DNA of 60,544 nucleotides from positions 1 through 60,544 of the forward strand of contig DBDU01000016.1 of assembly GCA_002293725.1 (NCBI GenBank). The letters are read 5' to 3'. The notes beneath the pieces were generated by a model, which saw nothing but the letters and a program-made list of their open reading frames with translations, was not told where the DNA came from and made no database searches. This DNA is from Patescibacteria group bacterium UBA924 (lineage in GTDB: Bacteria; Patescibacteriota; Microgenomatia; UBA1400; PJMF01). The stretch's first letter is position 1; every line of letters begins with the position of its first letter. Both the position numbers and the translations under genes were made by a program. This document shows, one piece after another, positions 24,983 to 33,513 of the stretch.

Positions 24983-25010
24983 ATTATAGTGCTGTTCGCG
25001 TATTTGTCAA
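24983..25010 (-). promoter_or_regulatory. Near-consensus sigma-70 promoter (TTGACA-16 nt-TATAAT)
   Basis: The minus strand reads TTGACAAATACGCGAACAGCACTATAAT. It lies between the upstream gene's terminator and the leader. Confidence 0.65.
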
Positions 25011-25040
25011 AATCCGTTTAAACCAAAGCAAAAAAGCATC

Positions 25041-25072
25041 AAAAAAGCCGCTCTCCTTTTGGGAAAGCGGCT
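25041..25072 (-). terminator. Rho-independent terminator after the Cys-rich surface protein gene
   Basis: The minus strand reads AGCCGCTTTCC-CAAAA-GGAGAGCGGCT (11-bp stem with one G-U) followed by TTTTT. Confidence 0.75.
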
Positions 25073-25087
25073 CTTCTTCTATCTTAT

Positions 25088-26752
25088 CTAGAGGGCAAGG
25101 AAGCCTACGATACCGAGGATGATCGCTAGTGCTCCAACTCCCATAGCTTTGAGCACATCTGCACTTCCGGCCACTGGCAAGCTGGTTGGCTGCTGTGGTT
25201 GTGGTGAAGGTTGCCCTTGAGCAACTGCTTGACCAGCTGGTGTACAGGTGTCGCTAGTAATGTTCGTCTCTAAGCGGCAGCGGCGTCCACTTGTAGTGTC
25301 AACACAGATCTGGCTTGCTGATTTACAGTCAGAGTTGTTGACACAAGTGTCATTACATCCAAGGACTGGTGAAGCCACTGGTGATGGATTGACGATCGAA
25401 CATTGATTACTGTCACAGTTCGCTCCGTTGACACAAGCCGTTAGCTTACATGTGCCACCATTACAGGTGTGATCATTTGGACAGTCTGCATTGGTGCTAC
25501 AGGTACTTCCACAAGCAGTCACTCGACATTGATCACCGCTACAACTGGCGCCGTTGACACATGCATTGAGTTTGCAAGTCCCATTGTTACAGCTATGGTC
25601 GTTTGGACACTCACTAGTGGTACTACATGAGCTGCCACAAGCAGTGACGCGACATTGATCGGTTGTACAGGCTGCTCCGTTGACACAAGCTGTGAGTTGG
25701 CAGGTTCCGTTGTTACAGGTGTGATCCTGAGGACACTCACTAGTGGTACTACATGAGCTGCCACAGACAATAGGTGTTGGCGATGGACTTACACCTGGGG
25801 TTGGGCTGACCACTGGGCTTGGAGTCACACCAGGAGTTGGTGAAGCTGCAGGACTTGGGCTCACACCTGGGGTCGGGCTTGGCTGTGGTGAAGTACCAGG
25901 AGGGACTGAAGGTTGAGGAGATGATCCTGGTGGAGTAGTTGGGGTTGGAGGCGTACATGCCACATTTGGACAGACAACCACTGCACTGACTAATGTTGAG
26001 TAGTCATTGTTAATATGTCCATTAACACATGAGTTGCTGCCACCTGTTAAGACGTCGACCTGGACACATTTACATGATTGGTTGGCGATCTGTTGGGCAT
26101 TTACTGTTCCAGTAGTAACTTGAGGATTGAGCACTGTACAGTGGCCGTTAGAGTCTAACTGATCACATTGATGAATAGCGATACAGCCGCCAGGTTGGCT
26201 ACTACAAGTTGTTCCCTGACAAACATCTCCACCACCACCGGTTCCTGGAGTAGCTGAAGGTCGAGGAGTAGGTGAAGATGTACCAGCGGGACCGCCACCA
26301 CAGCGACCACTGCTACAGGTTACATTTGCATTACAACTTTGCTCGTTAACAAAGACGCCGTCTTGACAGGTAACTTGGGTTCGAAGGTCTTTACACGCTG
26401 TTTGACCATGGGCGACACCACCAGCACAACTGCGCTGAGTGGCGACACATTTAGAGGCATTACTTGCTCCAGCGTCGCAAACTTGACTACTAGAACACGC
26501 CGCCATCATCTCGAAAGCACCGTTATTACAACGAGCTGGTTGACGGAAACCGGCACAGGCATACCCACCACTTGGAACTCCGCCAGCACAACTGGCATAT
26601 CCTGCAGCTTGTTGACGAATTTCTTGAGGTCGGCTGACTAAGTAAAGACCTACCGCTCCGCCAATCACTAAAAGAAGCAAAACAAGTCCAAGGAGAACGT
26701 ATCTCAACTTAATTTTTTTCAAGCTTTCGGAGTTGATTTGGGGTAACTGCAT
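25088..26752 (-). CDS. Cys-rich modular cell-surface protein (N-terminal signal anchor, PT-rich linker, LPVAG-type C-terminal anchor)
   Basis: N-terminal TM helix and many Cys. A 62-aa Pro/Thr/Ser linker. Three 42-aa repeats of the form [42 protein letters not shown]. The C-terminus is LPVAGS plus a hydrophobic helix. Confidence 0.7.
   Translation of the reverse strand: MQLPQINSESLKKIKLRYVLLGLVLLLLVIGGAVGLYLVSRPQEIRQQAAGYASCAGGVPSGGYACAGFRQPARCNNGAFEMMAACSSSQVCDAGASNASKCVATQRSCAGGVAHGQTACKDLRTQVTCQDGVFVNEQSCNANVTCSSGRCGGGPAGTSSPTPRPSATPGTGGGGDVCQGTTCSSQPGGCIAIHQCDQLDSNGHCTVLNPQVTTGTVNAQQIANQSCKCVQVDVLTGGSNSCVNGHINNDYSTLVSAVVVCPNVACTPPTPTTPPGSSPQPSVPPGTSPQPSPTPGVSPSPAASPTPGVTPSPVVSPTPGVSPSPTPIVCGSSCSTTSECPQDHTCNNGTCQLTACVNGAACTTDQCRVTACGSSCSTTSECPNDHSCNNGTCKLNACVNGASCSGDQCRVTACGSTCSTNADCPNDHTCNGGTCKLTACVNGANCDSNQCSIVNPSPVASPVLGCNDTCVNNSDCKSASQICVDTTSGRRCRLETNITSDTCTPAGQAVAQGQPSPQPQQPTSLPVAGSADVLKAMGVGALAIILGIVGFLAL
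25388..25765. repeat. Three tandem ~126-nt coding repeats (42-aa Cys-rich modules)
   Basis: Residues 330-371, 372-413 and 414-455 of the surface protein are near-identical in Cys spacing. A fourth degenerate module follows. Confidence 0.85.
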
Positions 26753-26884
26753 AGAGAACCAAAGATACCAATTGTTTCAATACTAAATTTATACTCTGGT
26801 TTTTTTGGCAGAGCAACTAGAGTCTTTTCAGTGTAACAAAAAGAAGAGTCTTCGCGAAAGTACGAATATTGAGAACTGACGCTG

Positions 26885-27625
26885 CTACTCAGCAATAAGC
26901 TTAGTCAGGGCAAACAGAATCACGATCCCCAAGATAAATGGTACTGTTTGTTGCCAGCGTCGATCTTTCTTAAAGTCCTGATGTAGCTCTGGAATGAGGT
27001 CGGAGCTAGCGATATACAGGAACATTCCACCCGTGAAAGCTAAGAAGATCCAGATATATTCCTCGAGATTTCGTAAAAAGAAGTAACCCAACACAGCACC
27101 CACCAAAGAGGTTAAAGCTGAGAAAAAGTTCCACAGTAAAGCTTTTGTACGAGACATTCCCCCAGCAGTTAAGATAGAAAAGTCTGCAATTTCCTGAGGA
27201 ATTTCATGTGCGGCAATGGCTAGTGTCGTCGTTAAACCCAGCACTGGTGAGACAAGAAATGCAGCCGTGATCGCCAAACCATCCAGCAAGTTGTGGATAG
27301 CGTCACCAACCAGGACTAAAACAGCTGATGGCTTTGTTCCATGGTCACCATGATGATGGTGAAACCAGAGTACAAATCGCTCTAAGAAAAAGAAAACCAA
27401 GATACCTCCAAAAATTGCTAGGAACAGATCTGGTTCAGGGTGAAGCTCTAGGGCTTCGGGGAGAACATCGAGGAGCGCTGCACTTAACATGACTCCTGCC
27501 GCAAAACTGACAAACCCTGAGGCGTAGTTTTGACTTTGTAACTTTTTGCTAAAGATGGTCAAAATTCCCACTATGGACACAAGACTGACAAAAAGACTAC
27601 TAATCAAGATAAAAAGGAAAATCAT
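26885..27625 (-). CDS. ZIP-family divalent metal (zinc) transporter
   Basis: HHHHGDHG loop and the HEIPQEIADF signature of ZupT-like ZIP proteins. Multiple TM segments. Confidence 0.8.
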   Translation of the reverse strand: MIFLFILISSLFVSLVSIVGILTIFSKKLQSQNYASGFVSFAAGVMLSAALLDVLPEALELHPEPDLFLAIFGGILVFFFLERFVLWFHHHHGDHGTKPSAVLVLVGDAIHNLLDGLAITAAFLVSPVLGLTTTLAIAAHEIPQEIADFSILTAGGMSRTKALLWNFFSALTSLVGAVLGYFFLRNLEEYIWIFLAFTGGMFLYIASSDLIPELHQDFKKDRRWQQTVPFILGIVILFALTKLIAE

Positions 27626-27664
27626 AGATAGCGGAGATTATCTCAAATATGCAACTATTTTGCA

Positions 27665-28573
27665 TCAAGCAGATTCGCTCGGAGGTCGTTGAAACTCTGC
27701 CCATGCTTCCAGGTAGCAACTATCCCCTTGTTGTGCTTTCCATAGCCAATACTCCACTCCCCAAAACAGAATAGTCGAGACGGGAAGTTGTGAAGCACGT
27801 TGCACGAACTGACGAAGAAGATCTGGGCTACAACTTTTGGGAGTAGAAGCTAGGTATCCCGCTTCATCCTTTTCCCAAGGCTCTGCTTGTAGCTCAGTTA
27901 TCCAAACTTCTTTCTCTGCTTCGTCTAATAGGGCTGTCATCCGAGTGGTGCTGTCATCAGGTCCGATGTACCTCTCCCCACGCCAAGTATCAGCGTACTG
28001 TTGATAGTAGACATCAATCCCCACAACATCAGCATTCTCAGCTAAGACTGGTAATAACTGTCGTTTACTCAATGTATTTCCCCAGGCTGTGAGCAAGACT
28101 GGACGAGAATCGTGCTGACGAACGAGATCAACTTCTCTATCTAAAAGTGAAGTTGGAACTGTCCACTCATGCTCCCCACTTGGATCTAGTGGCTCATTCT
28201 CTACTTGCCAATGGCTAATGCAGCTAAACGTAGCGAAGTGAGAGACCGCGTGTTGTAAAAAAGTAAGTACTGCTGTCTGTGTTGCTGGTGAGTGAGGATC
28301 TTGGGCAGCCCAACTGGGGATATAAAACTCTGGCCAACGTGGCGCTTTCATGCCTAGTACTAACACCACGTTTTGCCCGTACTTCTCGCACTGATGAAGT
28401 AGCTCTTCGATGACAGTAAAGTCATACGTACCTTGCTGTTGTTCTACCTCATTCCAGTACACACACAACCTGATGTATGAAAAGCCTAGGTTCAAACACT
28501 CCTGAAAAGCCTGCTTCGGATCAAGTCCTAAGTATTGAGCTTGTCGATGACTAAAAGTAATGCCGTACTGCAT
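27665..28573 (-). CDS. Glycoside hydrolase, clan GH-A TIM barrel (GH5-like)
   Basis: WQVENEP (acid/base NEP) and WITELQAEPW (nucleophile Glu) with appropriate spacing. The start is uncertain: ATG 28573 is preferred, with alternatives ATG 28651 and TTG 28693. Confidence 0.6.
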   Translation of the reverse strand: MQYGITFSHRQAQYLGLDPKQAFQECLNLGFSYIRLCVYWNEVEQQQGTYDFTVIEELLHQCEKYGQNVVLVLGMKAPRWPEFYIPSWAAQDPHSPATQTAVLTFLQHAVSHFATFSCISHWQVENEPLDPSGEHEWTVPTSLLDREVDLVRQHDSRPVLLTAWGNTLSKRQLLPVLAENADVVGIDVYYQQYADTWRGERYIGPDDSTTRMTALLDEAEKEVWITELQAEPWEKDEAGYLASTPKSCSPDLLRQFVQRASQLPVSTILFWGVEYWLWKAQQGDSCYLEAWAEFQRPPSESA

Positions 28574-28649
28574 GGGTGCGTAAGAAGATTCTAGTTGTAG
28601 ATCATACCCTTCTTTAGTACCGTGGATAAAAGTACTTTTGAAAGACGTC

Positions 28650-29846
28650 ATGCACGAATATGAACAGGGTATAGATATTACTGATCGCGTCAATAAACTG
28701 GAGAACGGCCTGCTCCGAGAATCTTATAACCCACAGGGCCACAAAGAGAGTCACTTTACGCTTTTACTTGGACAAGTAGAGGGTGTCGACTTCAATCTTA
28801 CAGACCCAGACGGACCACTGGGTGATCGGGTAATCATGAGCGGCTTTTACCGCGCACTTGAGTATCTCATCGCTCGTTACTATCCCCAAACGGTAGATGG
28901 AGAGATGGGTTCAAGAAATCATATCTTGATGTTACCTCAGGTAATGCCACTTTTTTCTCGATCAGGAAGAGAAGTATCGCCATATATTCAAGCCGGTACT
29001 ACTTTTCCTCGAAGTAGTGAGCGACTCGCTGTGAATGCTACGATCGCCATGGTCATTAATGCCAAAATGAGAGTCTTATTAGAAGGAGACCCTACTAAGT
29101 TCTTGCTGTACCAACAGTTCGGAGAGAAAAAAAAGTCAATTGAAGTAGATTACGCCGGAGCTCTTTATACCGTTACATATGACAAGTATCAGGAGCGTCG
29201 ATACATCATCGCTGCCGCACTGGCGCTAGGAATTCCGGAGAGTCAATGGGACGATCTTCCCACTATCATCCCAGAGGTTCTCCCTCCATCTGCTGAAGAG
29301 CTGACTGCGGCTCAACAAAAGTTTGAGATTGAACCTGGAGCACTTCACCTCGGAGTAGTGATTAACACCTCCTTAGAAGAAAAGTTCGTTCCTCTAGCTC
29401 AATGGAAAAAGATGCTGGTAAGGATAGAGCAAGACCTCCAGCAGCAAGGGTACGACTTTGAGAGTCGACCTGTACATGTTCACGTTTTTTATAATCCTCG
29501 CAGTCCAGGAGCTCTTGATTTTCCGTTAGATCAAGTCCAGTCAACTTTTGGTGATAAACTCGGTCAGTTAAACATCCATTATTTAGGGGCAGAACTGAGT
29601 GAACTTCCAGCTGCACTACAACTACAAACGGTTCTCTTGTCTGTAGACACTGCCTTAGCTCATATTGCCGCTGCACTGCCTGAAGGCCCAGAAGTAGCGA
29701 TGATCTTTGAAGATTATCACTGGCCAGCTAATGTCTGGCAGTCCAATCATAAGCAGCATCCTATTTTTAAAGGCGATGCACTAGAAGATCAGTTTCATCA
29801 GACTTCAATGTCACTTATTCACCAACAGATGAAAACTGGGAAGTAA
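28650..29846 (+). CDS. GT9-like glycosyltransferase (heptosyltransferase-family fold), paralog A
   Basis: N-terminal PLGDRVIMSGFYRALEYL (GT9 LGD motif) and C-terminal LLSVDTALAHIAAAL (GT9 DSGPMHLAAAL-type motif). The ATG at 28650 is preferred over the TTG at 28638. Confidence 0.5.
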   Translation: MHEYEQGIDITDRVNKLENGLLRESYNPQGHKESHFTLLLGQVEGVDFNLTDPDGPLGDRVIMSGFYRALEYLIARYYPQTVDGEMGSRNHILMLPQVMPLFSRSGREVSPYIQAGTTFPRSSERLAVNATIAMVINAKMRVLLEGDPTKFLLYQQFGEKKKSIEVDYAGALYTVTYDKYQERRYIIAAALALGIPESQWDDLPTIIPEVLPPSAEELTAAQQKFEIEPGALHLGVVINTSLEEKFVPLAQWKKMLVRIEQDLQQQGYDFESRPVHVHVFYNPRSPGALDFPLDQVQSTFGDKLGQLNIHYLGAELSELPAALQLQTVLLSVDTALAHIAAALPEGPEVAMIFEDYHWPANVWQSNHKQHPIFKGDALEDQFHQTSMSLIHQQMKTGK

Positions 29847-29855
29847 AACACGGCC

Positions 29856-31157
29856 ATGCCAACTCGTAACTTTGATCAACGTGCACAGTTCATGCCAGCC
29901 GATGAGAATAAAGGTGAGAACATTACCTTTTTGATTGACCGAGGCGAAGACGTGATGACTGCTCAGTATGAGGCAGCTGTTCAGCAAGCAGCTGAAACGC
30001 ATCCTGGCTCTGAGCGCTTCATCTATCGACCCACATTCTTAGGGAAGCAACTGGAGAGTCGGGACGGGATTGACTTTAATCTTGCTGATCCGGGAGCTGC
30101 ATTAGGTGACAGATTAATTTGGACTACTTTTTTCCGCGCTTTTGATGTTCTCTCACAACTGTATGCGGATAAGTTTCGCCCTGGGGAGCTGCCTCCGCTC
30201 CAAAATACACTTTATATCACTCCTGAAATCTTGCCCTTATTTGAAAGAGACGGACGAACAGTCTCATCACTCATTACAGGAGCGCCTCAATCCCCAAGAA
30301 CCTCTGGCCGACTAAGTTTTGTGGCGCATTACTCTATGAGCGCGATGGGGGCAGCGCATGCTCGGATGGTAGGTAATGAAGGTCGCTTCCTTTCTTACCG
30401 TCAATTTGACCTTCCCGATCAGAAGAATAGTTTAGAAGTAGAGTACGGTGGGGCGTTAGCTACAGCTACTTATGATAAGTATGGTCCGAAGCGCTACACG
30501 ATTGCGGCAGCCCTTGCTCTAGGTATTCCTGAGGGTGAGTGGGACTCGCTACCCACCATCGTCCCCGAAGTTTTGACTCCCCATGATGATGAGTACCGCC
30601 AAACCATCGAGCGTTTTGGTGTAAATAATGAAGCTATTAACATCGGAATCGTGATTAACTCGCAACTGCGAGTAAAAATGGCAACACTAGAGGTGTGGAA
30701 ACATATTATGTTCGCCACTGGACTAGGTATCTTCCGTAAACAGCTGAATCCCAATCAACGACCCATCCATTTTAATGTTTTTTACAATCCATCCTCGCCC
30801 AGTCGGGATGACTATAAAGTAGAAGAAATGCAAGCCATGTTTCAAGACAGAATTACTTATATTTCCCCCAAAAGTGATAATGAGACAGTTGGTGAAGTAA
30901 AGTACATTGGAGCCAATTTAGCTGAGTTACCTGCGTTATTGGAAGCACAAGATGTGCTTCTTTCTGTCGATACAGCGTTGGCACATATTGGAGCAGCACT
31001 AGAGTTTGGCCCTGAGGTAATCATGATGTTTAATAACAGTCAGTTTTCTCAACAAGAGTGGCAGTCGAGCAGTAAACAACACCCCGTGCCGATGACCGGA
31101 GGGTACTCCGATCAAGTAGCTAACTTAGCCTTACAACACCTTCGCTTAAAAGCGTAA
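29856..31157 (+). CDS. GT9-like glycosyltransferase, paralog B
   Basis: Collinear with paralog A (ALGDRLIWTTFFRAFDVL; YDKYGPKRYTIAAALALGIPEGEWDSLPTIVPEVL; LLSVDTALAHIGAAL). Starts 9 nt after paralog A. Confidence 0.5.
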   Translation: MPTRNFDQRAQFMPADENKGENITFLIDRGEDVMTAQYEAAVQQAAETHPGSERFIYRPTFLGKQLESRDGIDFNLADPGAALGDRLIWTTFFRAFDVLSQLYADKFRPGELPPLQNTLYITPEILPLFERDGRTVSSLITGAPQSPRTSGRLSFVAHYSMSAMGAAHARMVGNEGRFLSYRQFDLPDQKNSLEVEYGGALATATYDKYGPKRYTIAAALALGIPEGEWDSLPTIVPEVLTPHDDEYRQTIERFGVNNEAINIGIVINSQLRVKMATLEVWKHIMFATGLGIFRKQLNPNQRPIHFNVFYNPSSPSRDDYKVEEMQAMFQDRITYISPKSDNETVGEVKYIGANLAELPALLEAQDVLLSVDTALAHIGAALEFGPEVIMMFNNSQFSQQEWQSSSKQHPVPMTGGYSDQVANLALQHLRLKA

Positions 31158-31163
31158 TTAAGT

Positions 31164-31823
31164 ATGCAACAGATCACACAATGGCTTACTCATCTCGCAA
31201 CCGATGTTCCTCTCGAACTGTTTGTTTTTATTGGTACTGTTATTGAAGAAATTATTGCCCCGATTCCGACGCCAGTGGTTTTAGGGACGGCGGGCTACCT
31301 AGCACATCAGGCTGGTCAAGGCTGGTTCTTCCTCTTTTGGCTGGCTGCGGTAAGTTCTGTTGGCAAAACACTGGTCTCTGTGGTGTTTTACTTCTTGGGT
31401 GACAAAGCAGAGGACTTTTTCGTTCACCGCTGTGGCAAGTTCTTTGGCATTAGTCCAACAGATATCCAAAAAGCTGAACGGTGGATGAATAAAGGATGGT
31501 GGGATGAAGTCATCCTGGTTGGGTTGCGGATCGTGCCTATTGTGCCCACCTTTGCGGTATCCATTGTCTGTGGTGTCCTGCGAGTGAAAATGCGCACTTT
31601 CATTTGGACCACTTTTATTGGAACGTTAGTCCGAAGTTTCATTATTCTTGGTGTGGGTGCATTAGGTACTCAATACGCAGTCGATGCTTGGAAAACTACG
31701 GGCTCAGACCTCTTTCAAGATCCACTCACCGTAGCTTCCGGAATTATTGGTTTAATTTTGGGCGCTGGAATTGCCCTTTATCTTCGCAAGAAGATGCTTC
31801 GTCGGACTCCCCAAAAAGAGTAA
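31164..31823 (+). CDS. DedA-family (VTT/SNARE-associated) membrane protein, second copy
   Basis: VFIGTVIEEIIAPIPTPVV and LRIVPIVPTFAVSIVCG motifs. Starts 6 nt after GT9-like B. Confidence 0.7.
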   Translation: MQQITQWLTHLATDVPLELFVFIGTVIEEIIAPIPTPVVLGTAGYLAHQAGQGWFFLFWLAAVSSVGKTLVSVVFYFLGDKAEDFFVHRCGKFFGISPTDIQKAERWMNKGWWDEVILVGLRIVPIVPTFAVSIVCGVLRVKMRTFIWTTFIGTLVRSFIILGVGALGTQYAVDAWKTTGSDLFQDPLTVASGIIGLILGAGIALYLRKKMLRRTPQKE

Positions 31824-31868
31824 CGAAAACTACACTTATTGAAAGCTTCTTTTTCTATACTCTGGCCG

Positions 31869-32501
31869 ATGTCTACATTAGCTCCCAGAGAAAAATTACA
31901 ACTCCACGGCGTAAGTCAATTGAAGACAACTGAACTGGTTGCTTTGGTACTCGGCACGGGAACTGCGCAGCACTCCGTCACCGAGTTAGCCAATGAAGTT
32001 GTTGAACGTTTACAGCAACATCCATTGACTTTAGAAAAGTTAACTCAGGTGCCGGGAATTGGCATCGCAAAAGCTTGCCAGCTTTTAGCAATGATTGAGT
32101 TTGTGGAGCGAGTTCGCCCCATTGGTTTTCCAGTTATTGATCAACTAGACAAAGTTACTTCCCTTGTACCTGAACTGAGATCGGCACAAAGAGAACATAT
32201 TGTGGTACTTTACCTGAATGCTCGACTTCAGCTGTTGCTAAAAGAAACGGTGGCTATTGGCAGTGTTAATCAGTCTATCGTCTCAGCCCGAGATATTTTT
32301 TCAGTTATTAAGTATCATCCGGTTAGTTCATTAATTCTTGTTCACAATCACCCCAGTGGGGTACCTCTTCCTTCCCCTGAAGACTTCATTTTTACGCAAC
32401 GAATAGTTCAGGCAGCCGAGGTACTCGGAATTGAAGTTTTGGATCACGTCATCATCGCTGAAAAAGGTTGCTACTCATTTAAGGAACATCAACAGCTGTA
32501 A
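31869..32501 (+). CDS. radC: RadC-like JAB/MPN domain protein
   Basis: PREKL...G...L...EL N-terminus, HhH region (VPGIGIAKACQLLA), and JAMM motif LVHNHPSG. The ATG at 31869 is chosen. Confidence 0.8.
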   Translation: MSTLAPREKLQLHGVSQLKTTELVALVLGTGTAQHSVTELANEVVERLQQHPLTLEKLTQVPGIGIAKACQLLAMIEFVERVRPIGFPVIDQLDKVTSLVPELRSAQREHIVVLYLNARLQLLLKETVAIGSVNQSIVSARDIFSVIKYHPVSSLILVHNHPSGVPLPSPEDFIFTQRIVQAAEVLGIEVLDHVIIAEKGCYSFKEHQQL

Positions 32502-32507
32502 GTGATT

Positions 32508-32822
32508 TTATTTTTCTTCCACGATCTGCTTCAAAATTGCTGAAAGCTCCTCAAGCTCTACTTTCAACTGCTCCACCCTTGCCAACGCTTCGGCTACCTT
32601 TTGGCCAGTAAAAAAATGTACGGGACGCTGTGTGTGATAAGCAATTTTTTCGATGTACTCACGGTCGGGTGGAATCTTCCCACTCTCAAATGCTGAGATA
32701 GACTGGGGAGATAGTCCGATCAACTTGGCAAGATCTGCTTGACGAAGATTTTTAGCTTGCCTCGCCTGCTTAATCTTTTCGCCTAGAACTTTCGCCGCTC
32801 GTGGAGTGAGTGAACTTGCCAT
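32508..32822 (-). CDS. XRE-family helix-turn-helix transcriptional regulator
   Basis: IKQARQAKNLRQADLAKLIGLSPQSISAFESGK HTH_3 pattern with a C-terminal coiled coil. Confidence 0.8.
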   Translation of the reverse strand: MASSLTPRAAKVLGEKIKQARQAKNLRQADLAKLIGLSPQSISAFESGKIPPDREYIEKIAYHTQRPVHFFTGQKVAEALARVEQLKVELEELSAILKQIVEEK

Positions 32823-32845
32823 AGTACGGTCATCTTAACATTGTG

Positions 32846-33496
32846 CTATGTTCTCTGGAATCCTTGAGCTTCAAGCTGATGGACGGCGTTCCAAATACTC
32901 ATCGGAACTTCCTGCTCAACTTGAAAACCCTGTTGAGCATAATCTCGCATTCGATAGACATATCCAATCATCGCGTTGATCACTCGCCTGGCACTGTGTC
33001 GTTCGTCCAAGAATGAAGTAAAGATACTAGGAAGACTTGTAATCACTACCTGTTGATTCGGCCAAATTTTTTGGAAGGTAGCGAGTGCTCGTCGTTCCAT
33101 GTATGGCTTTGTGACTACTAAAAAGCTGTGGAGTTGAAGTGATTTCTCAGCTAGCAACTGACGTGTAAAAGTAATGTTTTCGCCTGTGTTCGTCGCACGA
33201 TGTTCAAGCAACAGTACAGCTCTACTTACGCCATTTGCTTCCATCACCTGGGCAAACTTTTCGGCTTCCGAGAATGGTAAAAAATGACTAGAATGCCGGG
33301 AAGCCTGGCCCGTGATTACAACATACTTCGCCATTCCTCGATTGAAAAGATCTGCAGCATACTTCGCTGTTCGTAAGTCGTCATTTCCAAGAACGATCAT
33401 GCACTCTGCTGGTTGAAGTGATTGATGCAGGCAGTGGTAGTTCCACAGTAAATCCGCATATGAAAGGAGTTCAGTCGAAAGAAGCTGTGCCATCAT
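32846..33496 (-). CDS. DUF218 (YdcF/ElyC/SanA-like) domain protein
   Basis: CMIVLGNDDLRTAKYAADLFNRGMAKYVVITG ... NTGENI, typical of the DUF218 Rossmann-like core. Confidence 0.65.
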   Translation of the reverse strand: MMAQLLSTELLSYADLLWNYHCLHQSLQPAECMIVLGNDDLRTAKYAADLFNRGMAKYVVITGQASRHSSHFLPFSEAEKFAQVMEANGVSRAVLLLEHRATNTGENITFTRQLLAEKSLQLHSFLVVTKPYMERRALATFQKIWPNQQVVITSLPSIFTSFLDERHSARRVINAMIGYVYRMRDYAQQGFQVEQEVPMSIWNAVHQLEAQGFQRT

Positions 33497-33513
33497 TACA
33501 CCGCTATTCTACG

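Noticed and set aside
25388-25954. The repetitive DNA in 25388-25954 as a possible CRISPR array or mobile-element repeat.
   Set aside because: It lies entirely within one long ORF. The repeats correspond to 42-aa Cys-rich modules and a Pro/Thr linker, and there is no spacer architecture.
31869-33496. RadC-like JAB protein, XRE regulator and DUF218 as a possible toxin-antitoxin or defence module.
   Set aside because: The genes are convergent or not co-oriented. No nuclease, ATPase or toxin-like partner is present. Each family is common as a stand-alone housekeeping or accessory gene, so there is insufficient evidence for a system.
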